64,000 bases of DNA from Bacteroidota bacterium (GTDB lineage Bacteria; Bacteroidota; Bacteroidia; NS11-12g; UBA955): NCBI GenBank assembly GCA_025354385.1, contig JANXMZ010000026.1:3400-67399 (forward strand). The letters run 5' to 3'. Of this stretch, positions 10,128-18,825 are shown piece by piece; the first letter of the stretch is position 1, and each line of letters starts with the position of its first letter. The translations under genes and the position numbers were made by a program. The notes beneath the pieces are model-generated. The model searched no databases. It saw only the letters and a program-made list of their open reading frames with translations, and had not been told where the DNA came from.

Positions 10128-11255
10128 ATGAAAATAGGAACTATTAAAGAGACTAAAGCAGGAGAAAACAGAGTAGCTTTAAGTCCCGATGTTGTAAAAA
10201 ATTTTATTAAACAAGGTTTTGAATGTCTAATAGAATCAGGTGCCGGCATTGCCTCTAATTTTTCAGATGAAATTTACACCACCGCAGGTGCAAGCATTGT
10301 TGGCAATGCCAAGGATGTTTGCGACAAGGCAGACATTCTGGTAAAAGTAAATGCGCCCTCTGCCAATGAAATGGCTCAATTAAAAAATGGCTCTGCACTC
10401 GTTTCATTCATTTATCATTTAACCAATCCAGAACTTATCGATCAACTAAATGCCAAAAATATTTCGGTATTTAGTATGGATGCCATACCCCGTATATCAA
10501 GGGCTCAAAGCATGGATGCTTTAAGTTCTCAAGCAAACCTTGCAGGTTATAAAGCCGTACTTTTAGGTGCTCATCACTCTGCAAGAATATTCCCAATGTT
10601 AATGACCGCAGCAGGTACTATCTCTCCTTCCAAAGTTTTAATTTTTGGAGCTGGTGTAGCCGGTTTACAAGCCATTGGTACTGCTAAGCGTTTAGGCGCC
10701 GTAGTAGAGGTAACAGACATTCGTCCTGAAACAAAAGAACAAGTAGAATCATTAGGTGGTAAGTTTATTAGTTTTGATACTGGTGATGTTAAAATTGAAG
10801 GTGGATATGTAAAAGAAGCTGGCGAAGATACCCTCAAAAAACAAAGAGAAATTTTAACCAAACATTTGGCAGCGGCCGATGTGGTAATCACCACCGCTTT
10901 AATTCCCGGAAAAAAGGCGCCTATACTGGTAACAGAAGACATGGTGAAAGTAATGAAATTGGGAAGTGTAATTATTGATATGGCAGTTGAACAAGGTGGC
11001 AATTGCGAGTTAAGTGAACTTGGAAAAGTAGTCGTTAAACATGGTGTTAAAATAGTTGGTGAATCAAATTTACCCTCCTTGTTATCGCAAAATGCGAGCG
11101 AGAGTTATTCAAAAAACATCTATGCTTTCTTAACCCATTTGGCTTCTAAAGATGGCTTGAAATATGAGATAGAAGAAGAGATCACCAAAGGCACTTTGAT
11201 ATGTAAGGATGGTGTTAATTTAAAAAAGCAAAATCCTACTAGCGCAGGTCAATAA
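10128..11255 (+). CDS. pntA: NAD(P) transhydrogenase subunit alpha part 1 (dI)
   Basis: Alanine-dehydrogenase/PNT fold with GAGVAGLQAIGTAKRLGA Rossmann motif; 375 aa. Confidence 0.93.
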   Translation: MKIGTIKETKAGENRVALSPDVVKNFIKQGFECLIESGAGIASNFSDEIYTTAGASIVGNAKDVCDKADILVKVNAPSANEMAQLKNGSALVSFIYHLTNPELIDQLNAKNISVFSMDAIPRISRAQSMDALSSQANLAGYKAVLLGAHHSARIFPMLMTAAGTISPSKVLIFGAGVAGLQAIGTAKRLGAVVEVTDIRPETKEQVESLGGKFISFDTGDVKIEGGYVKEAGEDTLKKQREILTKHLAAADVVITTALIPGKKAPILVTEDMVKVMKLGSVIIDMAVEQGGNCELSELGKVVVKHGVKIVGESNLPSLLSQNASESYSKNIYAFLTHLASKDGLKYEIEEEITKGTLICKDGVNLKKQNPTSAGQ

Positions 11256-11286
11256 ATTAAAAATATAAAAATTCAAAAATATATAG

Positions 11287-11592
11287 ATGAACACGATAAT
11301 AGATTTTATAGCCAATAATCAGTTGATGATTTACCTAGTCATCCTGATGATTTTTGTAGGGATTGAGTTGATAGAAAAAGTACCTTCAGTGCTTCATACC
11401 CCTTTAATGAGCGGAGCTAATGCCATTCATGGTGTGGTGATTATTGGTGCCATTATCATCATGGGTGAAGCAGAAAATATGTATGCTACCATCCTTGGAT
11501 TTATTGCAGTAGTGTTAGGAACCCTTAATGTTGTCGGGGGCTTTGTAGTTACCGACAGGATGCTAGAAATGTTTAAAAAGAAAAAAAAGTAG
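11287..11592 (+). CDS. NAD(P) transhydrogenase subunit alpha part 2 (membrane dII-alpha)
   Basis: 101-aa protein with 3 TM helices sitting between pntAA and pntB, the typical split-alpha arrangement. Confidence 0.9.
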   Translation: MNTIIDFIANNQLMIYLVILMIFVGIELIEKVPSVLHTPLMSGANAIHGVVIIGAIIIMGEAENMYATILGFIAVVLGTLNVVGGFVVTDRMLEMFKKKKK

Positions 11593-11699
11593 AACCAATT
11601 TGATTTAAATTATTATCAAATTATCAGATCACCAAAGCCTAGCTTCATTGATTCCATTAAAAAACAATTACTACATCAATAAATTATCAAATTAACTAA

Positions 11700-13094
11700 A
11701 TGAACTTATTACAAATAATATATTTAATCGCTTCGCTTACTTTTATCATCGGCATTAAAATGCTTGGCAAACCAGAAAGCGCGCGCAGAGGAAATCTCAT
11801 TGCAGCCTTTGGTATGACCATCGCTATTTTCGGAACCATCTTTCTTTACGAAGGTATACAAACCTCTAACTATGGTTGGATATTTGGCGGTCTTGTTGTA
11901 GGCACCGTTATAGGTACCCTGATGGCTAAAAAAGTTAAAATGACAGGCATGCCGCAAATGGTGTCGTTCTTTAATGGGATGGGTGGTGCTTGTGCTGGTA
12001 TTATTTCTTTGGTGGAGTTCAATCATATTTTGCAACAGGGCGATTTCTTAACAGCACCTAAAGTTAAATTGGCCATTATATTTTTAGGATTAGTCATTGG
12101 TTCTATCTCTTTTGCTGGTAGTATGATAGCCTATGGCAAATTGGTTGAAAAAATAAAAGACAAGGTATTGCCTTTGCAACAAGTGGTGAACATAGGTTTA
12201 TTATTATTGATCCTAGGCATAGCCGCAGCGGCTACAGTAGGTTATATCTCTACCCCTAATGTATTGTTTTTAATCCTTGTATTATCATTGTTATATGGGG
12301 TGCTTTTCGTTATGCCAATTGGTGGTGCAGATATGCCCGTGGTTATTTCCCTTCTCAATTCATTCACCGGTGTAGCCGCAGCCATGGGTGGTTTCTTATA
12401 CGATAATAAAGTGATGCTTTTTGGTGGTATTCTGGTTGGTAGCGCGGGTACACTTTTAACAGTGGTGATGTGCAAAGCCATGAACCGTTCGCTCACCAAT
12501 GTACTCATCGGCAATTTTGGTGGTGGCAATAAAGATGCCGGCGAAGGCAAAGCCATTACAGGTTCTATCAAAGAAATCTCAAAAGCAGATGCAGCTGTAT
12601 TGATGAAATACAGTAAAAAAGTAGTCATCGTTCCTGGCTATGGTTTAGCCGTTGCACAAGCGCAGCATATTTGCCACGAGTTGGAGCAAGTATTAGAAGA
12701 CGAAGGTGTAGAAGTAAAATATGCCATACATCCGGTAGCGGGCCGTATGCCAGGCCATATGAACGTTTTATTAGCCGAGAGTAATGTTAGCTATGATAAA
12801 TTAATTGAGATGGACGATATCAATCCTGAATTTAAAACCACCGATGTTGTACTCATTGTTGGTGCGAACGATGTTGTCAATCCTGCTGCTAAAAACGATC
12901 CTAGCAGTCCTATATACGGCATGCCTATTCTCGATGTAGAGGATGCCGCCCACACCATCGTCATGAAACGCAGTATGAAAGCGGGATATGCAGGTATCGA
13001 AAATGAATTGTTCTTCAGTCCTAAAAACAGCATGTTATTTGGCGATGCTAAAAAAACATTGACTGAATTGGTGAGTGAATTGAAAAGTTTGTAA
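11700..13094 (+). CDS. pntB: NAD(P) transhydrogenase subunit beta
   Basis: Polytopic N-terminus plus dIII motifs YGLAVAQAQH and HPVAGRMPGHMNVLLAE. Confidence 0.95.
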   Translation: MNLLQIIYLIASLTFIIGIKMLGKPESARRGNLIAAFGMTIAIFGTIFLYEGIQTSNYGWIFGGLVVGTVIGTLMAKKVKMTGMPQMVSFFNGMGGACAGIISLVEFNHILQQGDFLTAPKVKLAIIFLGLVIGSISFAGSMIAYGKLVEKIKDKVLPLQQVVNIGLLLLILGIAAAATVGYISTPNVLFLILVLSLLYGVLFVMPIGGADMPVVISLLNSFTGVAAAMGGFLYDNKVMLFGGILVGSAGTLLTVVMCKAMNRSLTNVLIGNFGGGNKDAGEGKAITGSIKEISKADAAVLMKYSKKVVIVPGYGLAVAQAQHICHELEQVLEDEGVEVKYAIHPVAGRMPGHMNVLLAESNVSYDKLIEMDDINPEFKTTDVVLIVGANDVVNPAAKNDPSSPIYGMPILDVEDAAHTIVMKRSMKAGYAGIENELFFSPKNSMLFGDAKKTLTELVSELKSL

Positions 13095-13107
13095 AACCTT
13101 ATGAGCC

Positions 13108-14037
13108 ATGAAAAAATGTTACCTCATTCTAACAGTTTTCATTGCTAATTTCTCACTTTTTTTAAGTGCTCAAGTAAAGTCTAAATACAGTTTGTTTTTA
13201 GAAACATCTGTCTTTAGATTTAATTATAAAATAGACAATGGTGCCGATATTCTTTTCAATACGAAAGGAGCCTTACCAAATTATGATCACACTTTTGACG
13301 CCAACAACAATGAAAGATATTTTAGCATCAAAAACGACACCTTGTCAAAAAATGTTCAGAATTATGGGAGCAATTTAAACGTTATAAAAGATTTTAGAAC
13401 TGTTACAATTGGCTTTTCTAAAACAGCTTTAGCTTTTAATAAAATAATTATAAAACATGGCTTTGGATTGAATTACTCCGTTGCAAATTGCGAGGTTGGA
13501 AATCTATATAGCGATCATTTTATTATCTCTAAAAAAGATTCTAACTACTATTTATATACCCAAATGAGAGACTCTTCCTTCAATCTCAAGGTGCATGAAC
13601 AAACCAAACGCTTGGGTTTAGTCTATGATTTCTCTGCAATTTTAAAAATTAAACCAGCATTTCAATTGTCTATTGGCATACGAAATTCCCTGCTTATAAA
13701 TTATGATGACAAGGTCTATGCAGAATACACACATGATGTTACAAGTGCTTATTTCGAACCACGAATGAGTTGTATTGTACCACTTATTAATTTTGATAAT
13801 TTCCGTTTATTTCATGATGAAAGACCCTACGCTACTTCAACCATTATACAAAGAAAAAGCAAACCACAATTTAACATGTCGCTATTTATAAAGCCTGAAT
13901 TTCTAGTGGGTAAAAACAAGGGTGCAAGCCTTTACTTTTTATATGGCATTGCAGTTACAAGTATTTACGGCAAACAATATAGCCAACACGGTCAATATTG
14001 CCCAACCTATGGTATAGGCATTACTCAAAGTCTTTAA
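13108..14037 (+). CDS. hypothetical secreted beta-rich (outer-membrane-like) protein
   Basis: Signal peptide MKKCYLILTVFIANFSLFLSAQ. No family recognised. Confidence 0.5.
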   Translation: MKKCYLILTVFIANFSLFLSAQVKSKYSLFLETSVFRFNYKIDNGADILFNTKGALPNYDHTFDANNNERYFSIKNDTLSKNVQNYGSNLNVIKDFRTVTIGFSKTALAFNKIIIKHGFGLNYSVANCEVGNLYSDHFIISKKDSNYYLYTQMRDSSFNLKVHEQTKRLGLVYDFSAILKIKPAFQLSIGIRNSLLINYDDKVYAEYTHDVTSAYFEPRMSCIVPLINFDNFRLFHDERPYATSTIIQRKSKPQFNMSLFIKPEFLVGKNKGASLYFLYGIAVTSIYGKQYSQHGQYCPTYGIGITQSL

Positions 14038-14049
14038 TAAACAATTAAC

Positions 14050-14583
14050 ATGAATTATAATACAGATATTGTTGATGAACCAATCCATGAACCAAATTCA
14101 GATTACCACTATAGCGAAGGTTCCTATTTTCCACCTCAATTTAAAATTGTTGCATTCTTTTTAGCAATTGCCGGATTATTACTTTGTGTTAATTTAAACC
14201 TCATTGGATTTATTTTATTACCATTATCATTGGCTGTTTTTATTGCTAAAAAAGAACTAACAGTAAGTTTTTCGCTTTCAAAATATAGATATGCGCTTAG
14301 AATATTTACCATAAAGTTGGGCTCATGGGAGCCAATGCCAAAGGTTGAATATGTTTCCATATTTAGTGCAAAAAAACGTCAGGACGTGGCTGTTGGTCCC
14401 ATTACTACTTCAACAGCATATAGTGAAATGGAAGTTAATTTGGTTTATAATAAAAGTAAGCGGTTAACTGTATTTGAAACTAATGATTTTTCTAACGCTT
14501 TTAGCATAGCTGAGTTATTTGCTGCTCAGTTAAATCTCAAGATTTATGATGCAACCAAACGCGAAGGCAAATGGCTTACCTAA
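14050..14583 (+). CDS. hypothetical membrane protein (2 TM helices plus soluble C-terminal domain)
   Basis: Hydrophobic segment FKIVAFFLAIAGLLLCVNLNLIGFILLPLSLAVFI. Its last ~66 nt are duplicated at 15765-15829. Confidence 0.5.
   Translation: MNYNTDIVDEPIHEPNSDYHYSEGSYFPPQFKIVAFFLAIAGLLLCVNLNLIGFILLPLSLAVFIAKKELTVSFSLSKYRYALRIFTIKLGSWEPMPKVEYVSIFSAKKRQDVAVGPITTSTAYSEMEVNLVYNKSKRLTVFETNDFSNAFSIAELFAAQLNLKIYDATKREGKWLT
14518..14583. repeat. direct repeat copy 1 (3' end of CDS 14050..14583)
   Basis: Shares a 26-nt perfect core, ttaaatctcaagatttatgatgcaac (14530-14555), with 15777-15802. The flanking similarity runs on to a common ctaa end. Confidence 0.75.
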
Positions 14584-15524
14584 TTTTTAATTAATTTTTC
14601 ACTTAAACTCCAATTCATTCCAACAATTTTAACAAAATAAAAACCCTTAGGCAATTCACTAATATCAAAACGATAATTATTGAATACGCCTATTTGCTTG
14701 ATACATTCACCAAGAGTATTATAAAAATAAAGGTTTATATTTTCTTGACTTAAACCATCTATTTGAAAAGCACCATTTGTTGGATTAGGGTATATTTTGA
14801 CCTGCCTTTGGGCAGTCATTTCTGAAACATTTGCTAATTTGATATCACTTATACATCTTACTGAGTAAGCATTTCCAGTAGGCCGAAAGCCACTATTTAT
14901 TGTATTTGATTCAACACTCAAACTACGCCTTAATGCTTGTTGAAAAGCATTCTCATTTGTAGCCCACCAAAAGCCATAATTGTAAATTTGTGGATGATTG
15001 CCATCGGCATAACGGAAACCTCCTGGCAAAGCTCTAAAGCCACTATTATTACTCCCTTTACCATTCTTCCAAAAATATTGTGAGGTGTCTTTAAGAAGTT
15101 CTCCAACTTTAGTACCTCTATCACTTTGCGACGAAGTGTCCACGGTATTATCAAGAAAAATTTCCAATAAATTCCAGTCTTCATTACCTGGAACATGCCA
15201 CCCTACTGGACAAATCCTACGCGGATCGCTTACCGCAAACCAGTTATATAGAGCACCAAAAATACCTGCATTTTTTACAGAGTCGTTATCTAGATAACAA
15301 CGTGCACCTTCCATTTCAATCGACCAAATTGCATTATCCTTAATGTTTGTAATTAAATCACCATTGTTGTAATGTAAGGTCTTCAAATTTTCAGCCAACC
15401 ATAACTGCGTACCAATTTTAACCGTTTTATAAGTGTTGCTATCAATATCCTTTAAAGTTGATTGCGATTGACTATCACAAATAAATAATCCAGTTAGGAA
15501 TATGTATAGTAAAATTGACTTCAT
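14580..15524 (-). CDS. FISUMP (Fibrobacter succinogenes major paralogous) domain protein with T9SS C-terminal sorting domain
   Basis: KIGTQLWLAENL...FGALYNWFAV...CPVGWHVPGNEDW, with a C-terminal KIYPNPTNGAFQI...GFYFVKI sorting domain and a signal peptide. Confidence 0.85.
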   Translation of the reverse strand: MKSILLYIFLTGLFICDSQSQSTLKDIDSNTYKTVKIGTQLWLAENLKTLHYNNGDLITNIKDNAIWSIEMEGARCYLDNDSVKNAGIFGALYNWFAVSDPRRICPVGWHVPGNEDWNLLEIFLDNTVDTSSQSDRGTKVGELLKDTSQYFWKNGKGSNNSGFRALPGGFRYADGNHPQIYNYGFWWATNENAFQQALRRSLSVESNTINSGFRPTGNAYSVRCISDIKLANVSEMTAQRQVKIYPNPTNGAFQIDGLSQENINLYFYNTLGECIKQIGVFNNYRFDISELPKGFYFVKIVGMNWSLSEKLIKN

Positions 15525-15764
15525 TAAATAAAAAATTGATTGTTAATTAAATATCCTTGTGTAATATTAGAGTATTCTGAATTAATTACCTAAACTAAGG
15601 TATTTAATTACTCAAAATTTACAAATAGACCTACCATTCTTCGAAGAAACCATAAATTTTTAAACTATTTAACCAATGAAAATAATTTCATTCCAATAAA
15701 AAAAAACTAAAGTCAGAATGGTCAAGAGTATTTGAGACGTTGTCAATATATATAACAACATTCA

Positions 15765-15829
15765 TTTTCCAACCAATTAAATCTCAAGATTTATGATGCA
15801 ACAAAAAAGAAGGCAAGTGATTGGGCTAA
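15765..15829. repeat. direct repeat copy 2 (decayed, non-coding copy of the 3' end of CDS 14050..14583)
   Basis: Translates as FSNQLNLKIYDATKK.. against FAAQLNLKIYDATKREGKWLT*. It has a 1-nt deletion and an upstream stop. Confidence 0.75.
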
Positions 15830-15861
15830 AAAAGTTCAACTATTATAAATCATTCTTATCA

Positions 15862-16857
15862 TTAAACCAACATCTCTTTATTATACCTACCCCTATACTC
15901 CAAAGGCAATAAACCCGTAATTTTTCTAAACACTTCCCTAAAAGCCTTCGCATCCGAATAACCCACCTCATACATTACCTCATGAATGGTTTTGCGGCTC
16001 GTTTCAAAAGCCCGTTTTGCTGCCTCTATTTTTACCCTTTGTGCATACTCCAAAGGTGTATTGCCAGTGGCTTTTATAAATCGTCTGTCAAAATTCCTGC
16101 GCCCTACCGCTAGTTTAGAAGACAAATATTCAACAGAAACCTTCTCATCTAATTTACTCTCAATATAGTCTTGCGCCTTCTTCACCATTTCATCTCCATG
16201 CATTTTTTGTCCCTTAAATATCGTAAATACAGATTGGCTGTGCCTGTCCATTTCAATCTGAAAAACCTTAGCGCAAAATATAGCCGTTGGTCTATCGTAA
16301 TATTTCTCTATTAAATACAATATAAGATTTAAAAAAGAATAAGCACCCCCATTGGTATAAATACCATTTTCATCTGTTATCAATTGGTCGGTTTGTAATT
16401 TTATTTTGGGAAACATCTCTTTAAAATCATCCTCTACCAACCAATGGGTCGAGCAACTTTTACCATCCAATATTCCAGTACTAGCCAGCAAAAAAGCACC
16501 TGTGCAAACACTCGCTATTTCTGACCCCTTCTTAAACTGCTGCTCTAACCAATTAATAAGTTGCTTATTCCCTTTCACAGCTTCGTTATAATTATGATTT
16601 AAAGAAGGAATAATAATCAAATCCGTTTTAGCAATATCAGAAATATGTTTGTGCGGTTTAACAGAAAATAAACCATCGTAAAAATCTACCTTTTTCGATA
16701 TACCCGCCAATTCAATTTTAAACAAATCAACTTTTCCTTTCCCCTGCATATTCTCATCCTTCCAATACTTATTGGCTCGGGTAAATATTTTATATGCACC
16801 TACAATACTGCTTAGGTTATTCTCCCCCTCTGGTACCACTATGGTTAAATGTTTCAT
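15862..16857 (-). CDS. GlxA-family transcriptional regulator (DJ-1/PfpI-like domain plus AraC HTH)
   Basis: N-terminal GATase1-like domain (IASVCTGAFLLA) and C-terminal AraC HTH (GYSDAKAFREVFRKITGLLPLEYR). Confidence 0.9.
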   Translation of the reverse strand: MKHLTIVVPEGENNLSSIVGAYKIFTRANKYWKDENMQGKGKVDLFKIELAGISKKVDFYDGLFSVKPHKHISDIAKTDLIIIPSLNHNYNEAVKGNKQLINWLEQQFKKGSEIASVCTGAFLLASTGILDGKSCSTHWLVEDDFKEMFPKIKLQTDQLITDENGIYTNGGAYSFLNLILYLIEKYYDRPTAIFCAKVFQIEMDRHSQSVFTIFKGQKMHGDEMVKKAQDYIESKLDEKVSVEYLSSKLAVGRRNFDRRFIKATGNTPLEYAQRVKIEAAKRAFETSRKTIHEVMYEVGYSDAKAFREVFRKITGLLPLEYRGRYNKEMLV

Positions 16858-17005
16858 AACAATTTTTGTAGCAAAGGTATAAAACTATCCTGTCCAAATC
16901 AACCCGTTAGAAAGTCTATTTTGAACCCTTCGATATCTAATTTTAGACACTACTTTTGTATGGTTCTTACAAGAAAAAGCAGACCAATTATCAGATATTT
17001 TATCA

Positions 17006-17479
17006 ATGAATCCAAAATTAGAGCATCTTAAAAAATTTAGAAATTTTTTACTCAATGAGATTAAAGAACTCAATGCCGAGCAACTGAATAAAATACCAGC
17101 AGGATTCAATAATAATATTATTTGGAATTTAGGGCATTTGGTGTCTGCAACCCAAGCCATTTACTATAGAAGAGCGGGTGTACAAATTGCCATTAAAGAT
17201 AAATATTTTACCCCCTTTCTGACCAACACAAAACCCGAATATTTTATTAATACCGAAGAGATTGAACAAATCAAAGAATTGTTGATTAACAATATTGATA
17301 CTTTGCAAACAGACTACAATAATAAACGATTTGGCAATTACACAAAGTCAGAAAATATAGAAAGGGTTTATGGCATTGCCGTATTGAACATAGATGATGC
17401 TATTGATTTTATACAATATCACGATGGCTATCATAGTGGTTATATTTTGGCATTAAAACATTTGTTAAAAAACAATTAA
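17006..17479 (+). CDS. DinB-family protein
   Basis: DinB_2-like His triad context: NLGHLVSATQ ... YHDGYHSGYILALKHL. Confidence 0.8.
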   Translation: MNPKLEHLKKFRNFLLNEIKELNAEQLNKIPAGFNNNIIWNLGHLVSATQAIYYRRAGVQIAIKDKYFTPFLTNTKPEYFINTEEIEQIKELLINNIDTLQTDYNNKRFGNYTKSENIERVYGIAVLNIDDAIDFIQYHDGYHSGYILALKHLLKNN

Positions 17480-17492
17480 TTTTAGTAAAAAC

Positions 17493-17807
17493 ATGGCACG
17501 GATGATAGCAATTTACAAAACGCCAAAAGACATGGCCGCATTTGACAAACATTATTTTGAAGTTCATATACCATTAGCAAAAAAACTTCCGGGTTTAATA
17601 AAGTACGATGTCGGCAGAAGTCCAATTATTTCAACAACAGGTCATTCAGACACCTACTGCATTGGCACTTTGCATTTCGATAGCTTAGATACCATTAAAG
17701 CGGCATTTGCCTCTCCCCAAGGACAAGCCTGCGCGATAGACAGAAGAATATTAGCCCCTAATGATGAAGATGTTCAAATTTATTTATTCGAAACCGAAGA
17801 CGTATAA
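17493..17807 (+). CDS. EthD-family reductase
   Basis: 104 aa with an EthD-like N-terminus (IAIYKTPKDMAAFDKHYFEVHIPLAKKLPGL). Confidence 0.8.
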   Translation: MARMIAIYKTPKDMAAFDKHYFEVHIPLAKKLPGLIKYDVGRSPIISTTGHSDTYCIGTLHFDSLDTIKAAFASPQGQACAIDRRILAPNDEDVQIYLFETEDV

Positions 17808-17843
17808 TAACTAACATAAAAAAGCACAAATCAAACTAAAAAA

Positions 17844-18338
17844 ATGGAATACAATAATTTTACCACTTTTATTTCAGTCGGTCAATCCGCTAAAGTAGTT
17901 TTCGATGCCATTAATAATGTTCGTGGATGGTGGTCGGAGAGTGTGGAGGGCGGTACTAATAAACTCAAAGATGAATTTCTTTACTACTACAAAGAGGTCC
18001 ATATCTGCAAAATAAAAATCATCGAGTTCGTACCCAACAAAAAAGTAGTTTGGCTGGTCCTCGAAAATCAGTTCAATTTTACTACCAATAAAAGCGAGTG
18101 GAAAGGCGATCAAATCGTTTTCGAAATATCTGAAAACAACGACCAAACACAACTTCATTTCACACAAGTAGGTTTAACCCCCAATTACGAATGTTTCAGT
18201 GTTTGCCGAGATGCTTGGAGCAGCTATATACAAGGCAGCCTAAAGAATCTAATAACAACAGGCCAAGGCAAACCTAATACACAGGAAGATGGACTAAATG
18301 CAGAATTAATTAAAAAATGGAATCTTCCAAAGAAATAA
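17844..18338 (+). CDS. SRPBCC/AHSA1-like domain protein
   Basis: NVRGWWSESVEG... and the SRPBCC length and pattern. Tandem paralog of the next gene. Confidence 0.8.
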   Translation: MEYNNFTTFISVGQSAKVVFDAINNVRGWWSESVEGGTNKLKDEFLYYYKEVHICKIKIIEFVPNKKVVWLVLENQFNFTTNKSEWKGDQIVFEISENNDQTQLHFTQVGLTPNYECFSVCRDAWSSYIQGSLKNLITTGQGKPNTQEDGLNAELIKKWNLPKK

Positions 18339-18351
18339 CCAACAAACCAAA

Positions 18352-18807
18352 ATGAACATTCAAAATTATACCTTCAGCTTCGAATCTACTGATTCGCCAG
18401 AACAAATTTTCGAAACACTGCTCAATGTCCGCAGTTGGTGGTCGGGCCTATATTCAGAAACAATAGAAGGCCAAACCAACCAACTCAACAGCGAGTTTAC
18501 CTTTAGCGCAGGTGATGGCGCACATTACTCCAAACAGAAATTAATTGAACTTATACCCAACCAAAAAATTACTTGGTTAGTGACCGATAGCAAGCTCAGC
18601 TTTCTCGAAAAACCCGATGAATGGACAGGCACAAAATTATGTTTCGATATGACACCAAAAGACACCCATACCCTTGTCCGTTTCACACACTTGGGCTTAG
18701 TCCCCCAAATTGAATGTTACAAGGCTTGTTCTGGTGCTTGGAGTCAGTACATGCAAACCAGTTTATTGAAGTTGTTAACAATTAGCCATGGTCAATCCTA
18801 TTTGTAA
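18352..18807 (+). CDS. SRPBCC/AHSA1-like domain protein
   Basis: NVRSWWSGLYSETIEG..., paralogous to 17844..18338. Confidence 0.8.
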   Translation: MNIQNYTFSFESTDSPEQIFETLLNVRSWWSGLYSETIEGQTNQLNSEFTFSAGDGAHYSKQKLIELIPNQKITWLVTDSKLSFLEKPDEWTGTKLCFDMTPKDTHTLVRFTHLGLVPQIECYKACSGAWSQYMQTSLLKLLTISHGQSYL

Positions 18808-18825
18808 GGAAAGAAATAGCACCTT

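Noticed and set aside
13108-14583. CDS 13108..14037 and 14050..14583 are in the same frame, which might indicate another split gene.
   Set aside because: They are separated by a double stop (TAATAA), the second has its own ATG with a distinct N-terminal region, and no domain is visibly bisected. The shared frame is probably coincidence.
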